Shown: in pieces, positions 39,404 to 53,483 of the stretch
Layout: each line of letters opens with the position of its first letter
Position numbering within the stretch: the first letter of the stretch is position 1
NCBI RefSeq assembly: GCF_004010195.1
Contig: NC_057740.1
Coordinates: 20,108,405 to 20,172,404 of the forward strand
Length of the DNA: 64,000 nucleotides
From: Chiloscyllium plagiosum
Taxonomy: Eukaryota
Direction of reading: 5' to 3'
Translations under genes and position numbers: made by a program
Notes under the pieces: model-generated
The model's input: only the letters and a program-made list of their open reading frames with translations
Told to the model about the DNA's origin: nothing
Databases searched by the model: none

Positions 39404-42400
39404 CAGAAATATCAACAGCAAGTACTGAGACCACCACTGAAGTACCGAGTCCTACGTCAACAGCTGAATTAACAACTACAAGCAGCTCCACTACAACACC
39501 TGCAGCTGAATCCATGACAACCGAAACAACACAAGAACCTACAACAACTGGTGAGAATCCTAGTCCCATTGGCTGTAATGTATTGATTTCTAATGTTGAG
39601 AAATACATGTACAACAAACTCAATGAAGAAACAATAAATGATGTTCCCAGATTGTGGTAAATTTACAGAGATGTTAGTTGATTTACCATCTTCACATTCT
39701 CATTTTGATCTTTCCCGATGAAGTTTGGAAAGCAGCTTTACATCTCATTGTGAATAAATCAATGCAGTTTGAATATTGAAACACATTTCTGTGTATGGTT
39801 TTCCTTGTACACCTATCTGAATAGCATGCCCCACTTTCACTGCACCAACAGAAATATCAGCTGCAAGTACAGAGACAACCACTGCACTGGCAACCTCTTC
39901 AGCAACTTTTGCATCAACTACCACACCTGGTGCAACAAGCACCGTGACTTCCACTCCAGCATCGACCAGCATCTCAACATCACCGCTCACAACAAGTGGT
40001 GAGTTTGCAAAAAACAATTATCGCCAGTTCCACCTGATTGATTGCAATCCAGTGTAGCATCTGAAGGAATTCAGGAAGTTTTGAAAACATTTCTTACGCA
40101 TGTAATTTTAGATCTATGTCACTGCAGGTCTCAAGGGTACAGGTTGTTGCTCGTATATTTCACAAGATTCAATTTTTATATGTTTATCGTCCTGCCAAAT
40201 TTCACAAACCATGATACTAAAATAATACACCATATTATCAGATGGGTGAACATTTGCACCATTCGATTCCAAGTGGCCTGATAGCCTGACCAAACCTATT
40301 ACTTACTTTTCACAGTCACTCCAGAAACCTCAACCACCAGTGCAGAGACCACGACTGAGACAGTGACTACAACATCAACTCCAGCACCAACAAGTTCAAC
40401 AGCACAAACAACTGTGAGCAGCTCTGCTTCAACATCAGCAGTGGAATCGACAACAGCTTCAACAACACAGGGCTCTACTTCAACTGGTCAGTGGAAATAA
40501 AAAAATCCATATGTACATTAAATTTGGTTGCATTTAATACAAAACTGCATAAAGAGAAGGTGCTGGATTAAGTCAAAATATTACTGCATTTTTGTTCATA
40601 ATTATGAGAACGAAAGTGAGTTACATAAATTTTCTTCCAACATCCGTTTCAATGGAACATCATCCCACCATTAGATACCGGATCAATTAAAATAGCAAGG
40701 ACTACTCCAACCCCTGCAGCTGAATCCACGACAACCGAAACCACACAAGGACCTACAACTACTGGTGAGAATCCTTTTACCTTTGTGTTGTAATTTATTA
40801 ATATCTCAATTTGAGCAGTACTTGGTCAAAAACTCAATGAAGAAACAATTAATGTTGTTCCTTGATTTTAATAACTTTACCGGGACGCTTGTTGATTTGC
40901 CTGGTACCCATTCACATTTTAATCATTCCTGATGAAGTTTGGAAAGCAGCTCTACATCTCATTGTGAATAAATCATTGCAGTTTGTCAACCAAAACACAT
41001 TTCTGTGTATGGTTTCCCTTGTGCACCTATCTGAACCGCGTGTCTTACTTTTACTGCACCAACAGAAATATCAACTGCAAGTACAGAGACAACCACTGCA
41101 CTGGCAACATCTTCAGCAACTCTTGCATCAACTACCACACCTGGTGCAACAAGCACCGTGACTTCCACTCCAGCATCGACAAGCATCTCAACATCACCGC
41201 TCACGACCAGTGGTGAGTTTGCCATAAACATTATCGCCAGTTATACCTGATTGATAGATATCCAGTGTAGTAGCTGATGCAATTCAGAAAGTTTCGCAAA
41301 CATTTCTTCCGCTTCTACTTTTAGGTCTATGACCCTGCAGGTCTCAAGAGTACGGGTTGTTGCTGGTGCATCTCACAAGCTTCAATTTTTATATGTTTAT
41401 TGTCCTGCCAAATTTCACAAACTGTGGTAGTAAAAGAATATAGCACACTGTACAATGGGTGAACATTTGCACCATTCGATTCCAAGTGGCCTGATAGCCT
41501 GACTAAACCTATTACTTACTTTTCACAGTCACTCTCGAAACCTCAACCACCAGTGCAGAGACCACGACTGAGACAGTGACTACAACATCAACTCCAGAAC
41601 CAACAAGTTCAACAGCACAAACAACTGCAAGCAGCTCCGCTTCAACATCAGCAGTGGAATCGACAACAGCTTCAAACACACAGGACACGACTTCAACTGG
41701 TCAGTGAAAATAAAAAATTCCATATGTACATTAAATTTGATTGCATTCAATACAAAACTGCATAAAGAGAAGGTGGTGGATTAAGTCAAAATACCACTGC
41801 ATTTTTGTTCATAATTACGAGAACGAAAGTGAGTTAAATAAATTTTCTTTGAAACTTTATTGCTGGAACAGCACAGCAGGTCAGGCAGCATCCAGGGAAC
41901 AGGAGATTNNNNNNNNNNNNNNNNNNNNNNNNNNNNNNNNNNNNNNNNNNNNNNNNNNNNNNNNNNNNNNNNNNNNNNNNNNNNNNNNNNNNNNNNNNNN
42001 NNCCTGACCTGCTGTGCTGTTCCAGCAATAAAGTTTCAACTTTGATCTCCAGCATCTGCAGACCTCACTTTCTCCACATAAATTTTCTTCCCACTTCTGT
42101 TTCAATGGGACATCATTCCACCATTAGATACCGGATCAATTAGAATAGTGAGGACTTATTGCAGATAAAGGCAACGTGTAAATTAACACATATTTCAATA
42201 TATTAAGACAATGTGAATATAAGTTTCAATGATGCCATTAATTCCATTCACTGCAACTGCAGAAACATCAACTGCAAGTACAGTGACCACTACTGGAGTC
42301 CCAAGTTCTACGTCAATTGCTGCATCCACCAGTACAGCTGAATCAACAACGACAAGCAGTCCCACTACAACCCCTGCAGCTGAATCCACGACAATCGAAA

Positions 42401-45400
42401 CAACACAAGCGGCTCCAACAAGTGGTGAGAATCCTATTACTGTTGTGTTGTAATATATTCAGACCTCAATTTGAGCAGTAGTTGGTCAAAAACTCAATGA
42501 AAAAACAATTAATGTTGTTCCCTGATTTTAATAAATTTACCGGGACGCTAGTTGATTTGCCTGGTACACATTTTCATTTTGATCTTTCCTGACGAAGTTT
42601 GGAAAGCAGCTCTACATCTCATTGTGAATAAATCAATGTAGTTTGTACATCGAAACACATTTCTGTGTATGGTTTTCCTTGTGCACCTATCTGAATCGCA
42701 TGTCTTACTTTTACTGCACCAACAGAAACATCAACTGCAAGTACAGAGACAACCTCTCGAAACCTCAACCACCAGTGCAGAGACCACGACTGAGACAGTG
42801 ACTACAACATCAACTCCAGAACCAACAAGTTCAACAGCACAAACAACTGCAAGCAGCTCCGCTTCAATATCAGCAGTGGAATCGACAACAGCTTCAACAA
42901 CACAGGGCACTACTTCAACTGGTCAGTGGAAATAAAAATTCCATATGTACATTAAATTTGATTGCATTCAATACAAAACTGCATAAAGAGAAGGTGGTGG
43001 ATTAAGTCAAAATACCACTGCATTTTTGTTCATAATTACGAGAACGAAAGTGAGTTACATAAATTTTCTTCCCACTTCTGTTTCAATGGGACATCATCCC
43101 ACCATTAGATACCGGATCAATTAGAATAGTGAGGACATATTGCAGATAAAGGCAACGTGTAAATTAACACATATTTCAATATATTAAGACAATGTGAATG
43201 TAAGTTTCAATGATGCCATTAATTCCATTCACTGCAACTGCAGAAACATCAACTGCAAGGACAGTGACCACTACTGGAGTCCCAAGTTCTACGTCAATTG
43301 CTGCATCCACCAGTACAGCTGAATCAACAACTACAAGCAGTTCCACGACAACCCCTGCAGCTGAATCCACGACAATCGAAACAACACAAGCGGCTCCAAC
43401 AAGTGGTGAGAATCCTATTACTGTTGTGTTGTAATATATTCAGACCTCAATTTGAGCAGTAGTTGGTCAAAAACTCAATGAAAAAACAATTAATGTTGTT
43501 CCCTGATTTTAATAATTTTACCGGGACGCTAGTTGATTTGCCTGGTACACATTCTCATTTTGATCTTTCCTGATGAATTTTGGAAAGCAGCTCTACATCT
43601 CATTGTGAATAAATCAATGTAGTTTGTACATCGAAACACATTTCTGTGTATGGTTTTCCTTGTGCACCTCTCTGAATCGCATGTCTTACTTTTACTGCAC
43701 CAACAGAAACATCAACTGCAAGTACAGAGACAACCACTGCACTGGCAACCTCTTCATCAATTCTTGCATCAACTACCACATCTGGTGCAACAAGCACCGT
43801 GACTTCCACGACAGCATCGACAAGCATCTCAACATCACCGCTCACTACCAGTGGTGAGTTTGCAATATACAATTATCGACAGTAGCACCTGATTGATTCC
43901 AATCCAGTGTAGCATCTGAAGGTATTCAGAAAGTTTTGAAATCATTTCTTAAGCTTCTACTTTTAGATCTATGAAACTGCAGGGCTCAAGAGTACAGGTT
44001 GTTCCTGGTGCATTTCACAAGCTTCAATTTTTATACATTTATCGTCCTGCAAAATTTCACAAACCGTGGTACTGAAACAATATATCAAATTATAAGATGG
44101 GTGAACATTTGCACCATTCGATTTCGAGTGGCCTGATTGCCTGACATAACATACTACTTACTTTTCACAGTGACTCCAGAAACCTCAGCTACCAGTGCAG
44201 AGACCACGACTCAGACAGTGACGACAACATCAACTCCAGCACCAACAAGTTCAACAGCACAAACAACTGCGAGCAGCTCCCCTTCAACATCAGCAGTGGA
44301 ATCGACAACAGCTTCAACAACACAGGGCTCTACTTCAACTGGTCAGTGGGAATAAAAAATTCCATATGTACATTAAATTTGGTTGCATTTAATACAAAAC
44401 TGCATAAAGAGAAGGTGCTGGATTAAGTCAAAATATTACTGCATTTTTGTTCATAATTATGAGAACGAAAGTGAGTTACATAAATTTTCTTCCAACTTCC
44501 GTTTCAATGGGACATCATCCCACCATTAGATACCGGATCAATTAAAATAGCAAGGACTTATTGCAGATAAAGGCAATGTGTAAATTAACATATCTTTAAA
44601 TATATTAAGACAATTTGAATGTAAGTTTCAATGATGCCATTAATTCCATTCACTGCAACAGCTGAAACATCAACTGCAAGTACAGTGACCACTACTGGAG
44701 TACCGAGTTCTACGTCAACTGCTGCATCCACCAGTACAGCTGAATCAACAACTACAAGCAGCTCCACTCCAACCCCTGCAGCTGAATCCACGACAACCGA
44801 AACCACACAAGGACCTACAACTACTGGTGAGAATCCTTTTACCTTTGTGTTGTAATTTATTAATATCTCAATTTGAGCAGTACTTGGTCAACTCTTGCAT
44901 CAACTACCACATCTGGTGCAACAAGGAACAGGAGAATCGACGTTTCGGGCATAAGCCCTTCATAAGCCCTTATTAATTTATTAATATCTCAATTTGAGCA
45001 GTACTTGGTCAAAAACTCAATGAAGAAACAATAAATGTTGTTCCCAGACTCTAGTAATTTTACTCAGACGTTAATTGATTTGCCAGCTTCACATTCACAG
45101 ATTGATCTTTCCCGATGAAGTTTGGAAAGCAGCTTTACATCTCATTGTGAATAAATCAATGCATTTTGCAAATCAAAACAAATTTCTACGTATGGTTTTC
45201 CTTGTACACCTATCTGAATCGCATGTCTTACTTTCACTACACCAACAGAAACATCAACTGCAAGTACAGAGACAACCACTGCACTGGCAACCTCTTCATC
45301 AACTCTTGCATCAACTACCACACCTGGTGCAACAAGCACCGTGACTTCCACTCCAGCATCGACAAGCATCTCAACATCACCGCTCACGACCAGTGGTGAG

Positions 45401-48400
45401 TTTGCCATAAACATTATCGCCAGTTATACCTGATTGATAGAAATCCAGAGTAGTAGCTGATGCTATTCAGAAAGTTTAGCAAACATTTCTTCCGCTTCTA
45501 CTTTTATGTCTATGACCCTGCAGGTCTCAAGAGTACGGGTAGTTGCTGGTGCATTTCACAAGCTTCAACTTTTATATGTTTATTGTCCTGCACAATTTCA
45601 CAAACTGTGGTAATAAAAGAATATAGCACACTGTATAATGGGTGAACATTTGCACCATTTGATTCCGAGTGGCCTGATTGCCTGACTAAACCTATTTCTT
45701 ACTTTTCACAGTCACTCTCGAAACCTCAACCACCAGTGCAGAGACCACGACTGAGACAGTGACTACAACATCAACTCCAGAACCAACAAGTTCAACAGCA
45801 CAAACAACTGCAAGCAGATTGACTTCAACATCAGCAGTGGAATCGACAACAGCTCCACCAACACAGGGCACTACTTCAACTGGTCAGTGGAAATAAAAAA
45901 TTCCATATGTTCATTAAATTTGGTTACATTCAATAGAAAACTGCATAATGAGAAGTTACTGGATTAAGTCAAAATATTACTGCATATTTGTTCATAATTA
46001 TGAGAACGAAATTGAGTTACATAAATTTTCTTCCCACTTCTGTTTCAATGAGACATCACCCCACCATTATATATTGAATCAATTAGAATAGCGAGGACTT
46101 ATCGCATATAAAGGCAATGTGTAAATTAATACATAACTAAAAATATTAATATAAATTGAATGTAAGTTTCAATGATGCCATTAATTCCATTCACTGCAAC
46201 TGCAGAAACATCAACAGCAAGTACAGTGACCACTACTGGAGTACCGAGTTCTACGACAACTGCTGCATCCACCAGTACAGCTGAATCAACAACTACAAGC
46301 AGCTCCACTACAAGCCCTGCAGCTGAATCCAAGACAACCGAAAGCACACAAGGATTGACAACTACTGGTGAGAATCCTTTTACCTTTGTGTTGTAATTTA
46401 TTAGTATCTCAATTTGAGCAGTACTTGGTCAAAAACTCAATGAAGAAATAAAAAATGTTGTTCCCAGACTCTAGTAATTTTACTCAGACGTTAATTGATT
46501 TGCCAGCTTCACATTCTCATTTGGATCTTTCCTGATGAAGTTTGGAAAGCAGCTTTACATGTCATTTTCAATAGATCAATGCAGTTTGTACATCGAAACA
46601 CATTTCTATGTATGGTTTTCCTTGTACACCAATCTGAATCACATGTCTTACTTTCACTGCACCAACAGAAACATCAACTGCAAGTACAGAGACAACCACT
46701 GTACTGGCAACATCTTCACCAACTCTTGCATCAACTACCACATCTGGTGCAACAAGCACCGTGACTTCCACTCCAGCATCGACAAGCATCTCAACATCAC
46801 CGCTCACGACCAGTGGTGAGTTTGCAATAATCATTATCGCCTGTTCCACCTGTTTGATGGAAATCCAGTGTAGAAGCTGATGGAATTCAGAAAGTTTATT
46901 AAACATTTCTTCCGCTTCTACTTTTAGGTCTGGGACCCTGCAGGTCTCAAGAGTATGGGTAGTTGCTGGTGCATTTCACAAGCTTCAATTTTTATATGTT
47001 TATTGTACTGCACAATTTCACAAACTGTGGTAGCAAAAGAATATAGCACACTGTACAATGGGTGAATATTTGCACTATTCGATTCCAAGTGGCCTGATAG
47101 CCTGACTAAACCTATTACTTACTTTTCACAGTCACTCTCGAAACCTCAACCACCAGTGCAGAGACCACGACTGAAACAGTAACTACAACATCAACTCCAG
47201 AACCAACAAGTTCAACAGCACAAACAACTGCAAGCAGCTCCGCTTCAACATCAGCAGTGGAATCGACAACAGCTTCAACAACACAGAGCTCTACTTCAAC
47301 TGGTCAGTGGAAATAAAAAATTCCATATGTACATTAAATTTGATTGCATTCAATACAAAACTGCCTAAAGAGGAGGTGGTGGATTCAGTCAAAATATTAC
47401 TACATTTTTGTTCATAATTATGAGAACGAAAGTGAGTTACATAAATTTTCTTCCCCCATCTGTTTCAGTGGGACATCATTCCACCATTAGATACCAGATC
47501 AATTAGAATAGCGAGGACTCATTGCAGATAAAGGCAATGTGTAAATTAACACATCTTTAAATATATTAAGACAATGTGAATGTAAGTTTCAATGATGCCA
47601 TTAATTCCATTCACTGCAACAGCTGAAACATCAACTGCAAGTACAGTGACCACCACTGGAGTACCGAGTTCTACGTCAACTGCTGCGTCCACCAGTACAG
47701 CTGAATCAACAACTATAAGCAGTTCCACTACAACCCCTACAGCTGAATCCACGACAACCGAAACAACACAAGGACCGACAACAACTGGTGAGAATCTTAT
47801 TACCTTTGTGTTGTAATATATTAAGACTTCAATTTGAGCAGTACTTGGTCAAAAACTCAATGAAGAAACAATTAATGTTGTTCCTTGATTTTAATAACTT
47901 TGCCGGGACGCTTGTTGATTTGCCTGGTACATATTCTCATTTTAATCATTCCTGATGAAGTTTGGAAAGCAGCTCTACATCTCATTGTGAATAAATCATT
48001 GTAGTTTGTCAACCAAAACACATTTCTGTGTGTGGTTTCCCTTGTGCACCTATCTGAATCGCGTGTCTTACTTTTACTGCACCAACAGAAACATCAACTG
48101 CAAGTACAGAGACAACCACTGCACTGGCAATCTCTTCAGCAACTCTTGCATCAACTACCACACCTGGTGCAACAAGCACCGTGACTTCCACTCCAGCATC
48201 GACAAGCATCTCAACATCACCGCTCACGACCTGATTGATAGAAATCCAGTGTAGTAGCTGATGCAATTCAGAAAGTTTAGCAAACATTTCTTCCGCTTCT
48301 ACTTTTAGGTCTATGACCCTGCAGGTCTCAAGACTACGGGGAGTTGCTGGTGCATTTCAGAAGCTTCAATTTTTATATGTTTATTGTCCTGCCAAATTTC

Positions 48401-51400
48401 ACAAACTGTGGTAATAAAAGAATATAGCACACTATACAATGGGTGAACATTTGCACCATTTGATTCCGAGTGGCCTGATTGCCTGACTAAACCTATTTCT
48501 TACTTTTCACAGTCACTCTCGAAACCTCAACCACCAGTGCAGAGACCACGACTGAGACAGTGACTACAACATCAACTCCAGAACCAACAAGTTCAGCAGC
48601 ACAAACAACTGCAAGCAGCTCGGCTTCAACATCAGCAGTGGAATCGACAACAGCTNNNNNNNNNNNNNNNNNNNNNNNNNNNNNNNNNNNNNNNNNNNNN
48701 NNNNNNNNNNNNNNNNNNNNNNNNNNNNNNNNNNNNNNNNNNNNNNNNNNNNNNNNNNNNNNNNNNNNNNNNNNNNNNNNNNNNNNNNNNNNNNNNNNNN
48801 NNNNNNNNNNNNNNNNNNNNNNNNNNNNNNNNNNNNNNNNNNNNNNNNNNNNNNNNNNNNNNNNNNNNNNNNNNNNNNNNNNNNNNNNNNNNNNNNNNNN
48901 NNNNNNNNNNNNNNNNNNNNNNNNNNNNNNNNNNNNNNNNNNNNNNNNNNNNNNNNNNNNNNNNNNNNNNNNNNNNNNNNNNNNNNNNNNNNNNNNNNNN
49001 NNNNNNNNNNNNNNNNNNNNNNNNNNNNNNNNNNNNNNNNNNNNNNNNNNNNNNNNNNNNNNNNNNNNNNNNNNNNNNNNNNNNNNNNNNNNNNNNNNNN
49101 NNNNNNNNNNNNNNNNNNNNNNNNNNNNNNNNNNNNNNNNNNNNNNNNNNNNNNNNNNNNNNNNNNNNNNNNNNNNNNNNNNNNNNNNNNNNNNNNNNNN
49201 NNNNNNNNNNNNNNNNNNNNNNNNNNNNNNNNNNNNNNNNNNNNNNNNNNNNNNNNNNNNNNNNNNNNNNNNNNNNNNNNNNNNNNNNNNNNNNNNNNNN
49301 NNNNNNNNNNNNNNNNNNNNNNNNNNNNNNNNNNNNNNNNNNNNNNNNNNNNNNNNNNNNNNNNNNNNNNNNNNNNNNNNNNNNNNNNNNNNNNNNNNNN
49401 NNNNNNNNNNNNNNNNNNNNNNNNNNNNNNNNNNNNNNNNNNNNNNNNNNNNNNNNNNNNNNNNNNNNNNNNNNNNNNNNNNNNNNNNNNNNNNNNNNNN
49501 NNNNNNNNNNNNNNNNNNNNNNNNNNNNNNNNNNNNNNNNNNNNNNNNNNNNNNNNNNNNNNNNNNNNNNNNNNNNNNNNNNNNNNNNNNNNNNNNNTGT
49601 TGTTCCCAGACTCTAGTAATTTTACTCAGACGTTAATTGATTTGCCAGCTTCACATTCACAGATTGATCTTTCCCGATGAAGTTTGGAAAGCAGCTTTAC
49701 ATCTCATTGTGAATAAATCAATGCAGTTTGTAAATCAAAACACATTTCTGTGTAAGGTTTTCCTTGTACACCTATCTGAATCTCATGTCCCACTTTCACT
49801 ACACCAACAGAAACATCAGCTGCAAGTACAGAGACAACCATTGCACTGGCAACCTCTTCATCAACTCTTGCATCAACTCCCACACCTGGTCCAACAAGCA
49901 CTGTGACTTCCACTCCAGCATCGACAAGCATCTCAACATCACCGCTCACTACCAGTGGTGAGTTTGCCATCAACATTATCGCCAGTACCCCCTGATCGAT
50001 GGAAATCCAGTGTAGTTGCTGATGGAATTCAGAAAGCTTAGCATATATTTCTTCCGCTTCTACTTTTAGGTCTATGACCCTGCAGGTCTCAAGAGTATGG
50101 GTAGTTGCTGGTGATTTCACAAGCTTCAATTTTTATATGTTTATTGTCCTGCACAATTTCACAAACTGTGGTAATAAAAGAATATAGCACACTGTATAAT
50201 GGGTGAACATTTGCATCATTCGATTCCAAGTGGCCTGATAGTCTGACAAAACCTATTTCTTACTTTTCACAGTCACTCTCGAAACCTCAACCACCAGTGC
50301 AGAGACCACGACTGAGACAGTGACTACAACATCAACTCCAGAACCAACAAGTTCAACAGCACAAACAACTGCAAGCAGCTCCGCTTCAACATCAGCAGTG
50401 GAATCGACAACAGCTTCAACAACACAGGGCTCTACTATAACTGGTCAGTGGAAATAAAAAAATCCATATGTACATTAAATTTGATTGCATTCAATACAAA
50501 ACTGCATAAAGAGAAGGTGGTGGATTAAGTCAAAATACTACAGCATTTTTGTTCATAATTATGAGAACGAAAGTGAGTTACATAAATTTTCTTCCCACTT
50601 CTTTTTCAATGGGACATCATCCCACCATTAGATCAATTAGATTAGCGAGGACTTATTGCAGATAAAGGCAATGTATAAATTAACACATATTTAAATATAT
50701 TAAGACAATTTGAATGTAAGTTTCAATGATGCCATTAATTCCATTCACTGCAACAGCAGAAACATCAACAGCAAGTACAGTGACCACTACTGGAGTACCG
50801 AGTTCTACGTCAACTGCTGCGGCCACCAGTACAGCTGAATCAACAACTACAAGCAGCTCCACTACAACCCCTGCAGCTGAATCCACGACAACTGAAACAA
50901 CACAAGGAGCGACAACAAGTGGTGAGAATCCTATTACCTTTGTGTTGTAATACATTAAGACCTCAATTTGAGCAGTACTTGATCAATGAAGAAACAATAA
51001 ATGCTGTTCTCTGATCTTAGTCATTTTACTGAGATGTTAGTTGATTTGCCAGGTTCACATTCTCAATTTGATCTTTCCCGATGAAGTTTGGAAAGCAGCT
51101 CTACATCTCATTGTGAATAAATCAATGTAGTTTGTAAATCAAAACACATTTCTGTGTATGGTTTTCCTTGTGCACCTATCTGAATCGTATGTCTTACTTT
51201 CACTGCACCAACAGAAATATCAACTGCAAGTACAGAGACAACCACTGCACTGGCAACCTCTTCATCAACTCTTGCATCAACTACCACACCTGATACAACA
51301 AGCACCGTGACTTCCACTCCAGCATCGACCATCATCTCAACATCACCGCTCACTACAAGTGGTGAGTTTGCAATAATCAATTATCGCCAGTTCCACCTGA

Positions 51401-52333
51401 TTAATTCCAATCCAGTGTAGCATCTGAAGGTATTCAGAAAGTTTTAAAACATTTCTTAAGCTTCTACTTTTAGGTCTATGAAACTGCAGGTCTCAAGCGT
51501 TCAGGTTGTTGCTGGTGCATTTCACAAGCTTCAATTTTTATACATTTATCGTCCTGCAAAATTTCACAAACCGTGGTACTGAAAGGATATATCAAATTAT
51601 AAGATGGGTGAACATTTACACCATTCGATTCCGAGTGGCCTGATTGCCTGACATAACGTATTACTTACTTTTCACAGTGACTCCAGAAATCTCAACCACC
51701 AGTGCAGAGACAACAACTGAGACAGTGACGACAACATCAACTCCAGCACCAACAAGTTCAACAGCACAAACAACTGCAAGCAGCTCGGCTTCAACATCAG
51801 CAGTGGAATCGACAACAGCTTCAACCACACAGGGCACTACTTCAACTGGTCAGTGGAAATAAAAAATTCCATATGTTCATTAAATTTGGTTACATTCAAT
51901 AGAAACCTGCATAATGAGAAGTTGCTGGATTAAGTCAAAATATTACTGCACTTTTGTTCATAATTATGAGAACGAAAGTGAGTTACATAAATTTTCTTCC
52001 CACTTCTGTTACAATGAGATATCATCCCACCATTATATACCAGATAAATTAGAATAGCGAGGACTTATCGCATATAAAGGCAATGTGTAAACTCATACAT
52101 TACTAAAAATATTAATACAAATCGAATGTAAGTTCCAATTATGCCATTAATTACATTCACTGCTACAGCAGAAACATCAACAGCAAGTACAGTGACCACT
52201 ATTGGAGTACCGAGTTCTACGTCAACTGCTGCATCCACCAGTACAGCTGAATCAACAACTACAAGCAGCTCCACTACAACCCCTGCAGCTGAATCCACGA
52301 CAACCGAAACAACACAAGGACCTACAACAACTG
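39404..52333 (+). CDS. mucin Ser/Thr-rich (PTS) domain encoded by ~25 small phase-1/phase-1 exons
   Basis: Exon A (ETSTASTVTTTGVPSST...TTQGPTTT; AG..G|gtgaga): 39404/7-39550, 42263-42424, 43244-43405, 44662-44826, 46206-46367, 47623-47787, 50757/60-50921, 52169/72-52333. Exon B (147 nt; ETSTASTETTTALATSSSTLAS...SPLTTS; G|gtgagt): 39852-39998, 41066-41212, 43707-43853, 45249-45395, 46669-46815, 49811-49957, 51215-51361. Exon C (171 nt; VTPETSTTSAETTTETV...QGSTST; G|gtcagt): 40316-40486, 41529-41699, 44171-44341, 45712-45882, 47132-47302, 48513-gap, 50273-50443, 51678-51848. All intact copies are multiples of 3 and stop-free. Confidence 0.88.
41850..42075. mobile_element. palindromic Penelope pLTR insertion in mucin intron
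   Basis: ttattgctggaacagcacagcaggtcagg and its inverted copy cctgacctgctgtgctgttccagcaataa flank a gap; target duplication ataaattttctt on both sides. Confidence 0.75.
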
Positions 52334-52373
52334 GTGAGAATCCTTTTACCTTTGTGTTGTAATTTATTAATAT

Positions 52374-52468
52374 GCTGAAAATGTGTTGCAGGAAAAGCGC
52401 AGCAGGTCAGGCAGCATCCAAGGAACAGGAGAATCGACGTTTCGGGCATAAGCCCTTCATACGCCCTT
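52374..52468 (-). mobile_element. Penelope pLTR fragment in mucin intron
   Basis: ggaaaagcgcagcaggtcaggcagcatccaaggaacaggagaatcgacgtttcgggcataagcccttca flanked by duplicated taatttattaatat. Confidence 0.75.
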
Positions 52469-52736
52469 ATTAATTTATTAATATCTCAATTTGAGCAGTA
52501 CTTGGTCAAAACCTCAATGAAGAAACAATCACTGTTTTACCCAGACTCTAGTAATTTTACTCAGACGTTAATTGATTTGCCAGCTTCACATTCACAGATT
52601 GATCTTTCCCGATGAAGTTTGGAAAGCAGCTTTACATCTCATTGTGAATAACTCAATGCAGGTTGTAAATCAAAACACATTTCTGTGTATGGTTTTCCTT
52701 GTTCACCTATCTGAATCGTATGTCCCACTTTCACTG

Positions 52737-53236
52737 NNNNNNNNNNNNNNNNNNNNNNNNNNNNNNNNNNNNNNNNNNNNNNNNNNNNNNNNNNNNNNNN
52801 NNNNNNNNNNNNNNNNNNNNNNNNNNNNNNNNNNNNNNNNNNNNNNNNNNNNNNNNNNNNNNNNNNNNNNNNNNNNNNNNNNNNNNNNNNNNNNNNNNNN
52901 NNNNNNNNNNNNNNNNNNNNNNNNNNNNNNNNNNNNNNNNNNNNNNNNNNNNNNNNNNNNNNNNNNNNNNNNNNNNNNNNNNNNNNNNNNNNNNNNNNNN
53001 NNNNNNNNNNNNNNNNNNNNNNNNNNNNNNNNNNNNNNNNNNNNNNNNNNNNNNNNNNNNNNNNNNNNNNNNNNNNNNNNNNNNNNNNNNNNNNNNNNNN
53101 NNNNNNNNNNNNNNNNNNNNNNNNNNNNNNNNNNNNNNNNNNNNNNNNNNNNNNNNNNNNNNNNNNNNNNNNNNNNNNNNNNNNNNNNNNNNNNNNNNNN
53201 NNNNNNNNNNNNNNNNNNNNNNNNNNNNNNNNNNNN
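52737..53236. other. assembly gap of exactly 500 N (probable unknown-size scaffold join)
   Basis: Round size; the other gaps are 323, 94 and 942 N. Confidence 0.8.
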
Positions 53237-53483
53237 TTATGGTGCTGACATACTATCTGATTGTTAACAAAATACAGAGAATCTAGGCTTAATTCCACAA
53301 CCTTCACAAATGCAATTTTGAGCTCTGAGAGGTGCTGCATAAATTATATTCATTGTCAGCAAATAAATTGCATGGTCCAACATGGACCCTGTTCTTCTGA
53401 CCAACTAATGTTAGGGAACTTAAATTGTGACTTTGCACATATTCCCTTTCATTACAAGTGGTGCTTGGTATAATGCATTAGAA

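Larger units (their letters stand above)
39340..52736 (+). repeat. tandem segmental array, ~1.42 kb unit (exon A-intron-B-intron-C-intron), ~10 copies
   Basis: Introns are repeated along with exons (e.g. gatgaagtttggaaagcagct at 39717, 40931, 45115, 46533, 47954, 49676, 51080, 52611); C4-C5 spacing is 1420 bp. Confidence 0.95.

Noticed and set aside
39273-52298. Val/Ala-rich hydrophobic minus-strand ORFs, and alternative-frame ORFs such as CTNRNINCKYRDNHC
   Set aside because: Antisense or shifted-frame shadows of the ACN/TCN-rich PTS exons; splice signals support only the + strand T/S frame.
48560-53340. ORFs of 195-358 aa
   Set aside because: Mostly X residues from assembly gaps.
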